This document shows positions 36,358-48,506 of a stretch of DNA of 64,000 nt, piece by piece; positions within the stretch are counted from its first letter, which is position 1, and each line of letters starts with the position of its first letter. The position numbers and the translations under genes were made by a program. The DNA lies in the NCBI GenBank assembly GCA_022813965.1, contig JALDZS010000106.1, positions 1 through 64,000 of the forward strand. The letters are read 5' to 3'. The DNA comes from Toensbergia leucococca. Its lineage: Eukaryota. The notes under the pieces are model-generated. The model did not search any database. It was not told the DNA's origin and saw only the letters and a list, made by a program, of their open reading frames with translations.

Positions 36358-39116
36358 TATGACCTAGATACCGTGGTGTACAATCATTACGGCATAGGAT
36401 TCCCTCACTTCTACTCTCTTGATAAACCTTTTTGGTGTTATATCTGGGTAAGCAGGGGTTCACTTCTCAAAGGGCCCCGATCTCGCTATCAGCCCACTTT
36501 TTGCCACAAAGCTGGCTGTCACAGACGTTTCAGTGTTCATATCCAGACCAGCCTACCATATTCAGTATTAAAGGTATCATAGATTTCAAGACGTCTTGTT
36601 TGTTGGGCTAGCTTCGGTTGTAGACTGTCTTTTCTTATTGTGTAAAACTATGCCTGTTGGCTTTTCACACTTTATTGCTACACCTTTCTGTTTATACAGA
36701 TGTTGTGCCTATGTAGCTGGGCTCTACATAGAGAGGTACGCAGGTGATTGTTCAATCCAAATACAATGTTATCTACAGATTGGGAGCAGTGCTTGTCTTG
36801 CAATTTTGCAGAAAAACATCCGCAAAGAGCCAAAAAGGACTCTTGGACCATCTGTACAATGTTTATGTCTCGATAACGCTTTAGGATAATGATTGACGTT
36901 CAACTAGGTCGTTTCCGCGGACTAGGCCAATCATGACATTGTCCTCATCTGCGCTATCCGCTGTGTGCTCAAATGAGATTCGGCGCTAACACTAACTTGG
37001 TCGTCCCTGCCTCTGAATGACCTTGTCGCATTTGCAACTGCTGCACACCTTTCAAATCCCCTCTCGTACCATGCGACTGGATTGGACCGTTTTTGGTGAA
37101 CAGAGGTCTAGATCCATTAGCGCAGATGAAATGATATTTCGCAATCTACATGGATGGGCCTGTCCTGGTGCAGATCAAGAGCCGGGTTCGAGGTTGTCAG
37201 TCAGAGTCAAGACATCAATGAGCAAACAATGCTGCATTCTCCAGAATTTCAGGGAATCAACGTCCCTATCACATTCCATGAAGCGGGCCCGGCTTTGACG
37301 CATTTCCAGTTTTCGGGAAACGTGGAACGGGGAATAAGCGGAGTGGTATAGGATGCTAGTAAGGAGATCTTATTCCTCCATGGTTCAATGGGCCGGCCCG
37401 CCGGGTAACGGGATCGTTTGACCAGAAAGGCCATTTGCAGATCAACCCAAAGTGACAGTGACTTCCCGAGTTCTCAAAAGGTTGGTTTCGCGCCTTCCGT
37501 GACTGGCTCCAAATATTGGCGCATTGATGACGGGCCACGTTCGGCATACACGCCGCTGAAGAGCATAGTAGGACAGCTCAATGCACAGCAGTGTCATGGT
37601 GATGTTGATTTCAGGGAGGGCAGATCATCGGGATCGAGCTTCCGGTACTGTGGGCTTTGAGGCAATTTCAAGGCAATCTCGGCACTATCAAGCTGGCGTG
37701 GAGTTTCGATCCGAAAATCTATCAAGCCTCGCTGGCCCAGGGTTATGTGGAAATCACTTTTCCACCACAGCTTATTAGCAATCGTGTTGTTGCATGTCAT
37801 CGACTTACCTACTCTAAACCATACGTCGCAGTGCCTACCGAAGCCCGCTTCCTTTAGCTCTTGCCAATGTTTCTCTAATTTCGCGCATTCATTTGTATGG
37901 TAGTACTAAAATTCTGTTGACTTGAGAGATAGGTGCAGGGGCATTGCGCCACACGCTAATTCTGACACCTGTCAGGCGCAAAGCTGCATAAAGACAGCTC
38001 TAACTTATTGTCCGCTACTGCGGTGTAACTACGTTATCCGGGTACAAGGCATCATACTAAAAGCACGGCAGGTTGTTTAGAGCAGAAGAAGGTAATGCGA
38101 GATCAAAGAATAGGAGAATGAAACAAACAGTCTTTGGCCTGCACTTGAATGTCCCCAGCTATACGCCCTCCGAAGGGATCAATCCCCTTTGCCTGAAACT
38201 TTGTCGAGGGTCTGTAGGTCCAAGGGAAATTCTGCGCCGAGATGAGAGGTGAGGGATAATATGCATTGGTCAAATGCTCGCCGCACACAGTTGAGCCCCT
38301 GATATGCAACCGACCGGTTCGCTTCCTAGGGGTTGAGAGAGCCACAATGAATGTCTTTTTGAGGAAACCTGCCACGTGTGGATATTGAGGTATTACCACC
38401 AGCGAAAGCCTAAAGCTTCCGCGTTTATTTAAAAATATGCGCAAACATTGCAAGCCATTCTTTCATTTCTGATGAGTGGCTTTTCATTATCCGAGACATG
38501 ATCGCGGAAAGGACTTGAAAAGCACGTACACTTCAAGGTACCTCAGCCAATCATCGATCGATGAAGGTTGCCCTGGCCACAAGAGTCTTCGTGTAAGTGT
38601 CGAATCAAGGGATGTCAGACCAGCAACGCTAATCTCTGTATCCATAGCGACAGCAAGGTCGGATTCTACGTATTGACAATGATCGTCACCAGAAACACAA
38701 ACCCTGCTTTTCGGCATCTAGGTCGTGGACACAACAAATTTGCATCATCAAGGTTCAGAAGTTCGTGCGGATCCTTGTTCAAAGGTCTACGTACACTTAT
38801 GAACACGATGACGATGAACAACGTGGGAAGGAGGTAGTAGACTGCAATATGCGAAACCTCCTTTTCCCAAATCAACAACTGGAGAACTGAGATCAAAGTC
38901 TGAAAGCAGCCGTACACTAGCATGTCGTTCCAATGGCCTATTCAGACCCTAGCCGCCTTGACGAATACGCGTCAAATCTTCTCTTCTCCTCCAGCAGTAT
39001 CTCTGTCAAATTGCGGGTCTATTCGAGACAATTACTTTTCAAGATTATTTACCGAAATTTATCTCTGATACTCGGGCGCTCTCATGATTACGAGTATCAC
39101 GGTAGATATTGGGTAT

Positions 39117-39251
39117 TGATACATGGACGCTCCTTTTTGATACATGGACACCCCTTTTTGATGTGTGGACACCCCAATCTCTCCCCTCTCGGGCGCATGA
39201 TCACCGAGGGGATTTTTATCATTCTGCACCACATTTTGCAAGCCATCTACC
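39117..39251 (-). repeat. Dispersed repeat copy B with ~3 x 21-bp subunits
   Basis: gatacatggacgctccttttt / gatacatggacaccccttttt / gatgtgtggacacccc; inverted match to 130-246. Confidence 0.8.
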
Positions 39252-39387
39252 TAAAGTCAGGGAGCGTATGAGGAGCTATTCAAGGTTGACTTGACCAAGT
39301 AATTGAAAAAGAGAGTGACTATGTTGAAGAAGGAAGAACAATCCAAGAGACCCGTAGCTGGATAGGCTGATGATGATTTGGCCTTCC

Positions 39388-40480
39388 TCATGCTACGATC
39401 CAGCTAACCACGGCTTTTCGACCCGGCCATTTTATATTTTCCTTGGCATCTAGCTGTGCCATAAATTCGTTCATGGTAGTGGTGGTGGTCGGTTCAGGTA
39501 TATCCCGTCGATATTCCAGAGTTAGTCCGTTCCATGCATACGTCAGCTGATGGGAAGTTGATCCAAATTCTGCTGCTCGGGCATGGCGGAGAATGTCTTG
39601 TATGTATGCCCTTGGGGTCCTACCCGATCGTGCATTTTCCATGGAATAACGCTCGGAGGTAAGTAGTTGCAATGCCTGTGGCGTGCGTGTCTTAAACCTT
39701 TTGATTATTTCGGTATATCAGTCTTTGTAGAGGGGCATTCCGAAAGAATTTCTTTTCTAATTCAGTGAGTTCTGAGGTGTATCACCTAGTCGCTGATCCT
39801 CAGAAGGTCTGTGGTATTACCATCCTCAGTTTCTCTTCTCCTCACACCTTTTCAAGGTCTTTGAGGCGATCAATGTAGATATATACATCCTTATAGAAAG
39901 TATGTCTTTCTGAGATGGACATTCCGTCGGTATCTGCACGGTCCGGTTCAAAATACCCTACCTCTTCGGATGTTCATTCCTTGAGCTCTCAGGGTTCCCG
40001 AGGTTCTCGTTCCGCTGGATTTCCTGCGGATCTTCCTGTGGTTTGAGCTGCTTGTTGCATGGCGGTGAAGCCGGATAGGAACCAATTTTTCATTTCATTT
40101 AGTTAGTCCGGGGGAATACCAAATGGTTGGTTCCGTGGCATTTCCTCCGTCTGCTCGCGGGTATTACTTCGATACTGAAAGGGATCAGGCCGTTCCGTTC
40201 ATGTTTCAGCCGCTGTTTTGAAGGGCTGTACTGGCGGTTCAGCCATGGTATTTCCACGGGCTATTCGCTCCAGGCCATGTATGTCTAGTTCGCTTTTGTC
40301 GGCCCCGTAGTCCTGAAATTCAACGTTTGAATCAAAGTCATCAGTTAACCCCGTGGGTAACTCTGTGGATAATTCAGACGTAGACGGCTCATCTGGTTTT
40401 GTTTCAAGCTCAGAGGCTTTAGTAAGGTACTCGTCTGATAGACGATAAGATTCCGTGAGTTTTTCGAACCTGCCACAGGC
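39388..40480 (-). mobile_element. Degenerate Ty3/Gypsy-type retrotransposon gag region
   Basis: ALQLLTSERYSMENARSGRTPRAYIQDILRHARAAEF...QLTYAWNGLTLEYRRDIPEP and upstream EEVGYFEPD...RHTFYKDVYIYIDRLKDL resemble fungal Gypsy Gag; broken by stops and frameshifts; upper boundary approximate. Confidence 0.7.
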
Positions 40481-40845
40481 CCTTAAGAATTTGGGTCGAT
40501 TTTCAGCCCACTCAACTGGATAAGGGGTATCTGAAGGAGCTGTGGATCTACTACGACTAGTAGACTCGGGTCTCTTGGATTGAGATCGTCCTGTAGGAGG
40601 CCTGGAGTAGTAATTGTCAACGATATATAGGACATTAAGAACTTTCTTAGATACTGGTGAACGTGCCAGGGGACGAACCTGGAATCTCTTATCCTTAAGC
40701 TCTGGCCATCATAATTCAAAAGTTCCCAGATGTGTGTGCTGAAGAATCATCCTCATGTTTTCTAAGATCAATCTTGTTAGCTCAGGTTTCTGTTGAAAGG
40801 ATAAGACTTAGGTGCATCATACAGGCTTGCGTCCGATTTTAAGTG

Positions 40846-40944
40846 AGAAAATTTGAGATAGACAGTAGTGGCGGGTCCGTCATGATAGTCTGAATATAAG
40901 GCTCAATGATCGGTAACCCAGCGGTCATAGTACATGGCGGTAGA
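40846..40944. repeat. ~99-bp direct repeat, copy 1 (possible LTR fragment)
   Basis: agaaaatttgagatagac...gggtccgtcatgatagtctgaat...catagtacatg.cggtaga recurs at 41884-41982 with ~9 mismatches. Confidence 0.85.
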
Positions 40945-40995
40945 CTCAGCCTCTTGTTACATTCAGCATTTTAAACCCCTTTTTTGATGCTGGGC

Positions 40996-41460
40996 TCAAT
41001 ATACCTGAAGGCATCGCCGCGGCCACTTACATCTTCCAACAAAGCTCACTGTTTGTTGTGTACGCCTTTGAGGCGTGGGAGGGAGGGGAATGATAGTGGG
41101 GTTGCCGCATATTGGACCATATTTTAGCTTTGGTAGGCTTTGGTTGTGTGCTTCAGTATGTGGAATCTCACCCGAGGGCAGCGCTTGTGGCTGCCGCATA
41201 TTGGACCATATTTTAGCCTTGGTAGGCTTTGGTTGTCTTGAGTCCCAACCTCTGCCCTTGTACAAGAATTCACGATCATCAGGCAATCCCCCACAGGAAA
41301 CCGGGATGGCCATTTGCGTCCTGGCAGGGATCGTCATGGATTTTGAACTTGAACAGACCGAGCGACGTGGCCTCCACCGTCAAAAGCTGATCCATATCAG
41401 AGGCCTTGCCCTGATCACCCACCATCCGTGTATGTGGAGGGCGATATGGATAGCTATAAG
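40996..41460 (-). mobile_element. Probable Gypsy pol fragment (region after the protease), containing a ~40-bp tandem duplication
   Basis: TIPARTQMAIPVSCGGLPDDREFLY resembles the post-protease segment of fungal Gypsy Pol; catattggaccatattttagc.ttggtaggctttggttgt occurs at ~41108 and ~41197. Confidence 0.45.
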
Positions 41461-41883
41461 TCATTTGACAGGAGCTGAGAGAGACAATGTCATTGACAGT
41501 ATCAGCTGAAAGAATGTGAGAGTTGACGTCGGACCTATCTTGACGATGACCTAGGAGATGGATGCCTTTCTTGAGACAATCATTGCGATCAGTAATCCCT
41601 TGAAACTATGTAGAGATCCTGAAGTCTCACCATCGTTAGCTATCAATTCATTTTCACCCATCTCTCACTTTATTCAGATATCATGTAGATTGTGGCCAGG
41701 TGCGCGCCCAGATTCGCATGTACGCACAGAGTAGGTCTAGACAGTCTGAAGAAGAATATAGCTTCATGAGTAAAATTTCAGTGAACTGATCAATGAAAGT
41801 ATGTTCAATGTATAGCAGTTGAAATGAACGCAGGAAGCTGTGAAAATGTCTGAGAAGGGCAGTTAGTGTCGGCTCCATCCCTA

Positions 41884-41982
41884 AGAAAATTTGAGATAGA
41901 CGGTAGTGACGGGTCCGTCATGATAGTCTGAATACAAGACTCAAAGATCGGCAACTCAGCGGCCATAGTACATGACGGTAGA
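41884..41982. repeat. ~99-bp direct repeat, copy 2
   Basis: Matches 40846-40944. Confidence 0.85.
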
Positions 41983-42811
41983 GAACTCTTGAAAAAATAA
42001 TGGAATAACAAGAAGAATAAGTGGTTCTGAGTTTGTTCAGGTCACTCTGAGAATAGCTGAAATTTGAAATCCCTGAAGAGAGGGAGCATCAATTTTTTCT
42101 GAATCATGAGCTTCTGTGTGACATCTCGAGGGCAGTCTGGTAGATCCATCATAGTAGTCTGAGTTTTGATGACTTGCAGGATCACGTCCAGAAGATTATC
42201 ATTCTTTCTTCCGCGGCAGATTTCCTCTCTTTAATTTTCCTTGACCACGTATACGTACTCCGGACTAGCAGATCTAAGATGCTTATGCTGTTTCTGACTA
42301 GACTTCTTCTTTCGACCCACGAATGCGGGGGCATCCAATTCCGGAGATGGAGACCGCGGAATGCAGTCAAGCATCCAAAGTGCATCTAGGCAGGCCGTTG
42401 GTGGAGCGAAGGTAAGTAGATTAGAGTTTTGGCTCACTCGCTGATCGGTATAGAATATTGAATAAAACCAACACCCTTGTCTTCTACTAGATTCTTAGCA
42501 AGCTGCCATGTCCGAAGACATTGCTTGACAGCAGCAGGCGATATCCTAATGACATTAGCTCCCCTATATCTAAGAAGACAGAAACTAACTTACAAGACGC
42601 GAGGCTACCCAGTTCCAAATCATTGCGATTCGGTGTAGATGTTTTCGCAAGCCAGCCTTCTTTGAATTCATTGAACCTGGTATTCTCGGTGAGGGAGGTC
42701 GATTGAGGAAGCCTCCTTCGCCTGCCGCCCGGTACGTCTTGAACGCTTCTTCGACTTCTTGGCTTCATCGGCCGGCTTGGATTCGGCCATTGAAGTCGAG
42801 GGAACTTTAGG

Positions 42812-42912
42812 TCAAGTATCGACGGCTTCGTCCGTATCGTCTTCCACTGGGCTGGCTTCAGCTTCGTCGGCAGGACCATCGAATTGATTCAGACCGACGA
42901 CAGCTTCGGCTT

Positions 42913-42951
<39 letters not shown>

Positions 42952-43709
42952 CCTTACGAACAGAAGCTGCCTTCCGAGCCAAGGCTTGCTCCGCCTTCTG
43001 GGCCGCAGCGGCATGGCGCCAACTCTCAGCTTGCTTCAGAGCTATAAAAATTTAGCGATAAATACACAATGTCAAGGATGTAAAAATCTACAAGGGTTGA
43101 GAAACTCATCCACCGGAGCTGAAGGGCTCAAAGGACGCCAGGGACTGCTGGTCGGCAACGGGGCATCGACTAGACCGAATCAGTAATGACTCTTATGGTT
43201 ATATATTTGTATCTTGTATTATGACCTACCGAACACGGGGGCAGGAGCTGGGGCCGGGACCGGCGAGCGAACTACCACGTTTTAGCTTTCAGTTAAAGAT
43301 TTAGCTGAGACAAAAAGACTTACCACCCGAACTGCCATGCCGACGGCCGCGCCGAGGGCCACGCCGAGACCCTGTGACTGAAAGCATATCAGTGAGAATT
43401 GAACCATGAGTATCAAGTATATCTTGATATGAGGTAAATGCCAAAGCATAATTGGATTACTTACCAGCAGGGTCGGTGGCGGCGGTGACCGCGGTGGTGC
43501 CGGCTAAAGACAGTTAGTAAGGCTCTTAGTATTATCATTTGAGATGTATACATACCAAGGGCAGACACGCGATCTGCCTCGTCCTGGGCATCATCTGCCC
43601 AGCTCACCACCTTGTTGACCACCTCCTCAGTACGAAGGAGGCCGCTCATAGCGGCCTGACCCGCGTACTTGGTCACACCCTCCTTCTTAAGGGAGAAATT
43701 TGAAGGCAT
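42812..43709 (-). CDS. Orphan multi-exon gene with very short internal exons, a poly-Ala tract and an acidic tail (possibly decaying)
   Basis: ATG 43709 MPSNFSLKKE...; GTATGT/GTAAGT/GTAAGT/GTAGGT donors separate ~40-55 nt GC-rich exons; last exon LKQAESWRHAAAAQKAEQ...A12 EAEA...DTDEAVDT*; phase not fully resolved. Confidence 0.5.
42914..42949. repeat. (GGC)12 microsatellite, read as poly-Ala on the minus strand
   Basis: 12 perfect GGC units. Confidence 0.95.
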
Positions 43710-43840
43710 CTTGATGATGATACCGATGATAATGTCGATGAGAACGATTAAAAGCTGTGAGCTTTGTAAAGATTCTCTAGGTGAGGGTGTTGTGTGTTGA
43801 GAAGAGAAGGATTCAGAGGGTGAAAAGAGGTTTTGTGTGA
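43681..43840. repeat. ~160-bp direct repeat, copy 1 (upstream region plus first 10 codons MPSNFSLKKE on the minus strand)
   Basis: tccttctt.agggagaaatt.gaaggcatcttgatga...gatgagaacgattaaaagctgt...gtgttgtgtgttga...cagagggtgaa...ggttttgtgtga recurs at 48258-48412. Confidence 0.9.
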
Positions 43841-45517
43841 ATACGTCTGCCCTATCGGTCTGACCTTATTCACCTATCATCTTGATTCACTTCATTTTGC
43901 TTAAGAAAGGACGCGTTGGGCCAAGCCAACTGATAGATTTAATGTCGAGAGTCTAACAGTCTTGTCAAAGCATAAGAAAGAATCAGGACAGCAGCGAGTA
44001 CACCACATAGCTTTGAGGATATCAAGAGATCTAAAAAGATCACATGAAGCAAAAGAAAAGCACTACGCCTTGAAATAAGCCTGAATGGCTACACAGAAAT
44101 GAGAGGCTTTGATATGACCTTGTACGCTCCGTAGCTTGAAAGCCCTTTCGTCTGTTCATGTTGCAAGAGGCTAACACTCAATATTTCACACCTAATTAGA
44201 AAGTTGAAGTGCATACCGAACGCACCCTCTTCTCAACAAAACAACTCTAAGCTCAACACCCTCTTCATTCTAGATCAGTCTTGACGTCTCCAACTCTCTT
44301 CATACTGGTTCCTATGTACGAGCCTCAAGTTCGGAACTTCATCGAGAAACAAAGCAATGAAGATGTGCTGCATACACGCCCGCGAAGCAGTGTTGGGTAG
44401 CGTCCAGACTAAGATTACTGCTCGTCGACAGTAAAGGCATTTCACAGCCGAGTGATGTCACGTAGAAGGTCTCTAGGTCTTGATACTATGAAAAGGGAGT
44501 TGAACGACAGAATCTGTACGTTGATGTACAGCCTCCCATGCAACTTCCCACTCGTATAAGTGATTACCAGCTTATAGATCGTTGGATCGTGAAATATGTG
44601 GGCTTTCAAATAGAGTGCCAGTAATTTATGACTTAAAAAGGTTGAAGGAGTGCGGCTTTGATGTTGGTTATCATTTACTGTTGCTCTCTATCGTTATAAC
44701 AAAGATTTCCTCGATTATAGAATACCGCGAGCGTATACTTACCAGTAGAATAGAATATTATTGTGGCTAAAATTAAATTTACTTTGGTTGCAGCTTCCCC
44801 TTTCATTTTAGAAAAAATAGAAAATTCACACCACATTACAAACAAAATCACCAACATATCCTCGCTCCGAACTCCCATACTTTTTGCATATCCTCGACTA
44901 TTTCAGAGAGCTCATTGCTTGTAGAGTCCCGTCTCGTCTGCTTAAAATCCCCTTTGACGGCCCACATAAAGTGCGTCGGTCGAAAAGTGTGGTCATAAAT
45001 CCGAAGTTGCTCATGTTTTAGCTGTAGTTTGGGCATCTTGTTTATTGAGGAGGTATTCTGGATTACTTGAAGCTATCACATTGTTCTTCAAGCTGAGATA
45101 ATGTCCCTTTTATCTTCAAGGATTGCTCCTTTCCTGCCGCAAAACTCTTTTCGAGTGATGCATTTGCATCAGCCATTCTGTGGGAGGCTTGTTTTTGTTC
45201 GTCCAGCTGTTTTTCAAGTGTTTCTATCACCTTGTTTGCTGAAACAAGGCTCTCAGATGATGTATTGGCGAGGGAGTGAAGACTCTCAGAAAGTTTGGTG
45301 ATCTGATCGTCTTTATTTTTCCAAAAGCGGCTCAGGGTTTACACTTCACCTTCCGCCGTCAGGCACTGGCCTTTCGCACGGCTATAACTCTCATCAAGCG
45401 CCTGGCCTACTCGCTTAATTTCTGCCGCGTCTTCATCCCTTTCTTCAATTATTTTCAACATCTGATCCTCTTCCTCAAGTTGCTTAAGAAGCTGAAGACG
45501 CTCCCTCAGGGATGTTG

Positions 45518-45617
45518 TTAGCCTTTCCTTGTCTTGCTTAAGTTCATCGATCTCTCTTTGGAGATATTTAGCCTTTCCTTGTCTTGCTTGAGTTCATCAA
45601 TCTCTCTTTGAAGGTAT
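45518..45617. repeat. 50-bp tandem duplication (2 units)
   Basis: ttagcctttccttgtcttgctt(a/g)agttcatc(g/a)atctctctttg... occurs twice head-to-tail. Confidence 0.92.
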
Positions 45618-46204
45618 TTGACCTCATCCATGGATGATTAGCATGGGTCTGCCTTTTGTCTATGGCCTGTTGACGCTCATCCTGAAGCCCATCCAATATA
45701 AAGTCGAACTCGAGCGTGAAGGTATCAAATACCTGGGATTGTACGTCTTTGACAGTATCAATGCGTAAGGTTTCAACAGACTTCTTGATCCTTCTCAGCT
45801 CCCCAGACATACTGTCATGTTTGGACCCCCCTCCCAAAATTCAGTCAAAGGCAATGGGATGTGAGACCTTGAGCGTTTAGTACCGTCAGAGTCAAGATCG
45901 TCAAACCCTGATCATTTGTTATGGTTAAATAGCTGTTGCTACCATTGTTATAGATTTCTTTAATTGGGTATGTATTGTGTATGATGATTTGAACCAAAAT
46001 GGGCCAGAATAGGAGACCTCAAAGGGATTTTGCTGATAAACGCGATGCGATCTTTGCTAGGTGAGGACGGATTGGCAAGATGGTTCAGAAGATTTTCCAG
46101 CTGAATCGTTCGTCCGATCATACGATTGTAGATCTCATCAATACCGTTGTTTGAATTTACCTCTAGCTGATTCAGATGAGCCCTCAATTCATTGAGTCTG
46201 CTAG

Positions 46205-46836
46205 CTAGGTCTCGGTCTTGATCGCCCCGTCCCACATAGACAAATTGCCCAAGAGGTCTTGCTGGTTCCGACATGGCTCAGTATGAGATAGGTAGGGTGG
46301 AGGAAGGGGGGGGGAGGGATCGCGGATGGAGCACCTAGTGCTCTGAGCGTTGCGCTCGCAGTTGCCACAGCCTCCATGAAAGGCACCTACTAATATTAGC
46401 ATAGGCCCGGACGAATAGTCAGGATGTGACTTACCGGGCACCGCCCGGCACTCCACAAAGACCCTCAGCCCCCGAGCGCAGTAATCGCAAGGCCCGCTTG
46501 GTGATAGCTCACCACTATTAATATCAATATTAATAAGGTATTAACTTAAGATCTGTACGGACTGATGACATACCGGGATTGTATTAGAAGGCCCTGAATG
46601 AGGGGCCGGGAGGTGATGATATTGTCTAGTTGAATGTCGGGGCGGAGGCGAACTTTTATTTCAAGCATGCTAAGAAGCTTTGCTTGGTCGGAGGAGGGGT
46701 CGTGACGGGTGGTGCAGGCAGGAGCGAGCTGATAGTATATTAATTGATATCACATATATCTGAATAGAGAATTACTTACCTCTTGTGCTGATACTTCAGC
46801 GTAGTTTAGAGAGTCAATTTGGATGGTGGCGGACAT
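46205..46836 (-). CDS. DUF3716-like Cys-rich (putative zinc-binding) protein; 4 exons
   Basis: Splicing at GTAAGT/GTATGT/GTAAGT donors gives MSATIQIDSLNYAEVSAQE|LAPAC...GLLIQSR|GELSPSGPCDYCARGLRVFVECRAVP|GAFHGGCGNCERNAQSTRCS; the IQSRG...CxxC...FxEC...GxCxNC...CS pattern is characteristic of DUF3716. Confidence 0.65.
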
Positions 46837-47000
46837 GATGATGATTCTGTAGGTCTGTACAAATAAAGGTCAGCAGCTATTAACTGAGTGTATGACATGA
46901 TAATGAGAATTGAACGTTATTACAGTATACCTACATTGAGATGTGGATGTTGATGATTGAAGTTTTGCGATTTTGCGATAAACGTTGCGTTAAGTAACAG

Positions 47001-48286
47001 TTAGTCTTCCGTCCTCTCTGACGGCATCTTACAATTCCGCACAAGTTCCTCCCCGAACTCAGTGCGTTCCCGTAGATAAATCACCTCTCGAGCATGATTA
47101 TTGGCTTCCGTCTGGAGTCTCGTTAGCTTTTCCAATGCTTCTGAACCCAATGCTCGCGGCGTTGAGGCCACCTGCTGCCTTAATTCCTCGGATCGGCGCT
47201 CAAATTCCTGGCATAGCTGCTCGGCGACATCCTGGCGATTCTGCATCTCTGCAATCGCCGTAGCACTTTCTGTCTGTAGCCGTTTGAGTCGTCTCTTGAG
47301 ATCTCTAGCCCTTTCCTCACTCTTGGCCAATTGACGCTCTTGGGCCTCACCTGCAGGTGGGTCCCTCTCAGCATTCGCCTTGCCCTTTGCCTTCCTCTTT
47401 CTCTTTTTCGTCGTCTCCTTCTCGCTTGATTCGGAAGACTCTTCTTCTTCCTGCCGCCTGGCTCGAGTACTTCGTCACACCCTATTACCTTCTCGCCGGG
47501 ATGCCGTAGCTTAATGTCCTTAACCCGATGCAGCTTGGGCGACCCATTCTCTAAGAGCATGAAATCCTTGTCTAAAGGGCACACTTTCTTCAACTTTCCG
47601 GTCTTTTTATCCTCGCATGTGGCTTCAATACTCTCGTTTGTCCATGCCTGCTCGGGGTTTTTCTGCACCGTTATGATCAAAGGTGGTAGCCAGCTCACTA
47701 TGAGTAGTAGATGTGCTCTACTACTATTCAAGGGCCTCTGCGCGTTCACTGTATCCGGCTTGGTTGAGTGCTCCGCTATAAAGCTTGCCTTATGATAATT
47801 CTTCTCTCAATTCTGCTCTGCCTGCTCTATGACTGTCATGCACTCTCATCATCATTCACCTGTAAGTCCCTGAAATTCGGCCTTGTATTTGACTGAGAAT
47901 GGAGTGGGGGATATAATCATCATAAGAGGCTCTAGCTTGATCAGGCGCTCTCCTTCTCATTTGCTACCGTCGTGCCAACGGGTGCAGACGTCTGATAGTA
48001 GCTCGCCAAAGGTAGTTATTGCCTTATCTCAGTCAGCCTTCACCGCTGCATCTGTCTGATCCACTGAGTACTGATACCTTGAAACGACCTTTTCTTGAGC
48101 TTCTAGATCCATTGGTAGAAGATGGTGGAGCTTGTTGCTCTCATCACCCCATTCAGGCGATGAGATGATATTCATAGCTCCGGCAATATCATTCGGTCTG
48201 TTGTTTAGCAGGGTGCCAGACATTGCCAGGGGTCACAAGAATTCCGTTGGCCGATCTCCTTCTTGAGGGAGAAATTCGAAGGCATC
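47001..48286 (-). pseudogene. Decayed orphan gene with a C-terminal coiled coil
   Basis: Consecutive minus-strand ORF pieces (48029-48223, 47180-47749, 47001-47330) separated by stops and frameshifts, downstream of the duplicated MPSNFSLKKE start. Confidence 0.4.
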
Positions 48287-48412
48287 TTGATGAAGATACT
48301 GGTAATGATGATGAGAACGATTAAAAGCTGTCGGCTTTGTAAAATTCCCTAGATGAGCGTGTTGTGTGTTGAAGAGAGAAGGCTTCAGAGGGTGAAGGAA
48401 GGTTTTGTGTGA
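48258..48412. repeat. ~160-bp direct repeat, copy 2
   Basis: Matches 43681-43840. Confidence 0.9.
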
Positions 48413-48506
48413 GTGAGTATGGATATATATATATTTGTGTGTGAGTATGTGTATATATATGTGTGTGTAAGAGGATGTGTATGTGTATGTATGTGTGTAT
48501 ATATAT
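48405..48506. repeat. Compound imperfect (TG)/(TA) microsatellite
   Basis: tgtgtgagtgagtatggatatatatatatttgtgtgtgagtatgtgtatatatatgtgtgtg...tgtgtatatatata. Confidence 0.85.

Noticed and set aside
36400..38900. Many 60-116-aa ORFs downstream of the forkhead gene
   Set aside because: No consistent strand, splice structure or motif; treated as intergenic, with a possible unassignable relic at ~38480-38900
39117..39176. CRISPR-like array
   Set aside because: Units are contiguous with no unique spacers, the DNA is eukaryotic, and there are no cas genes
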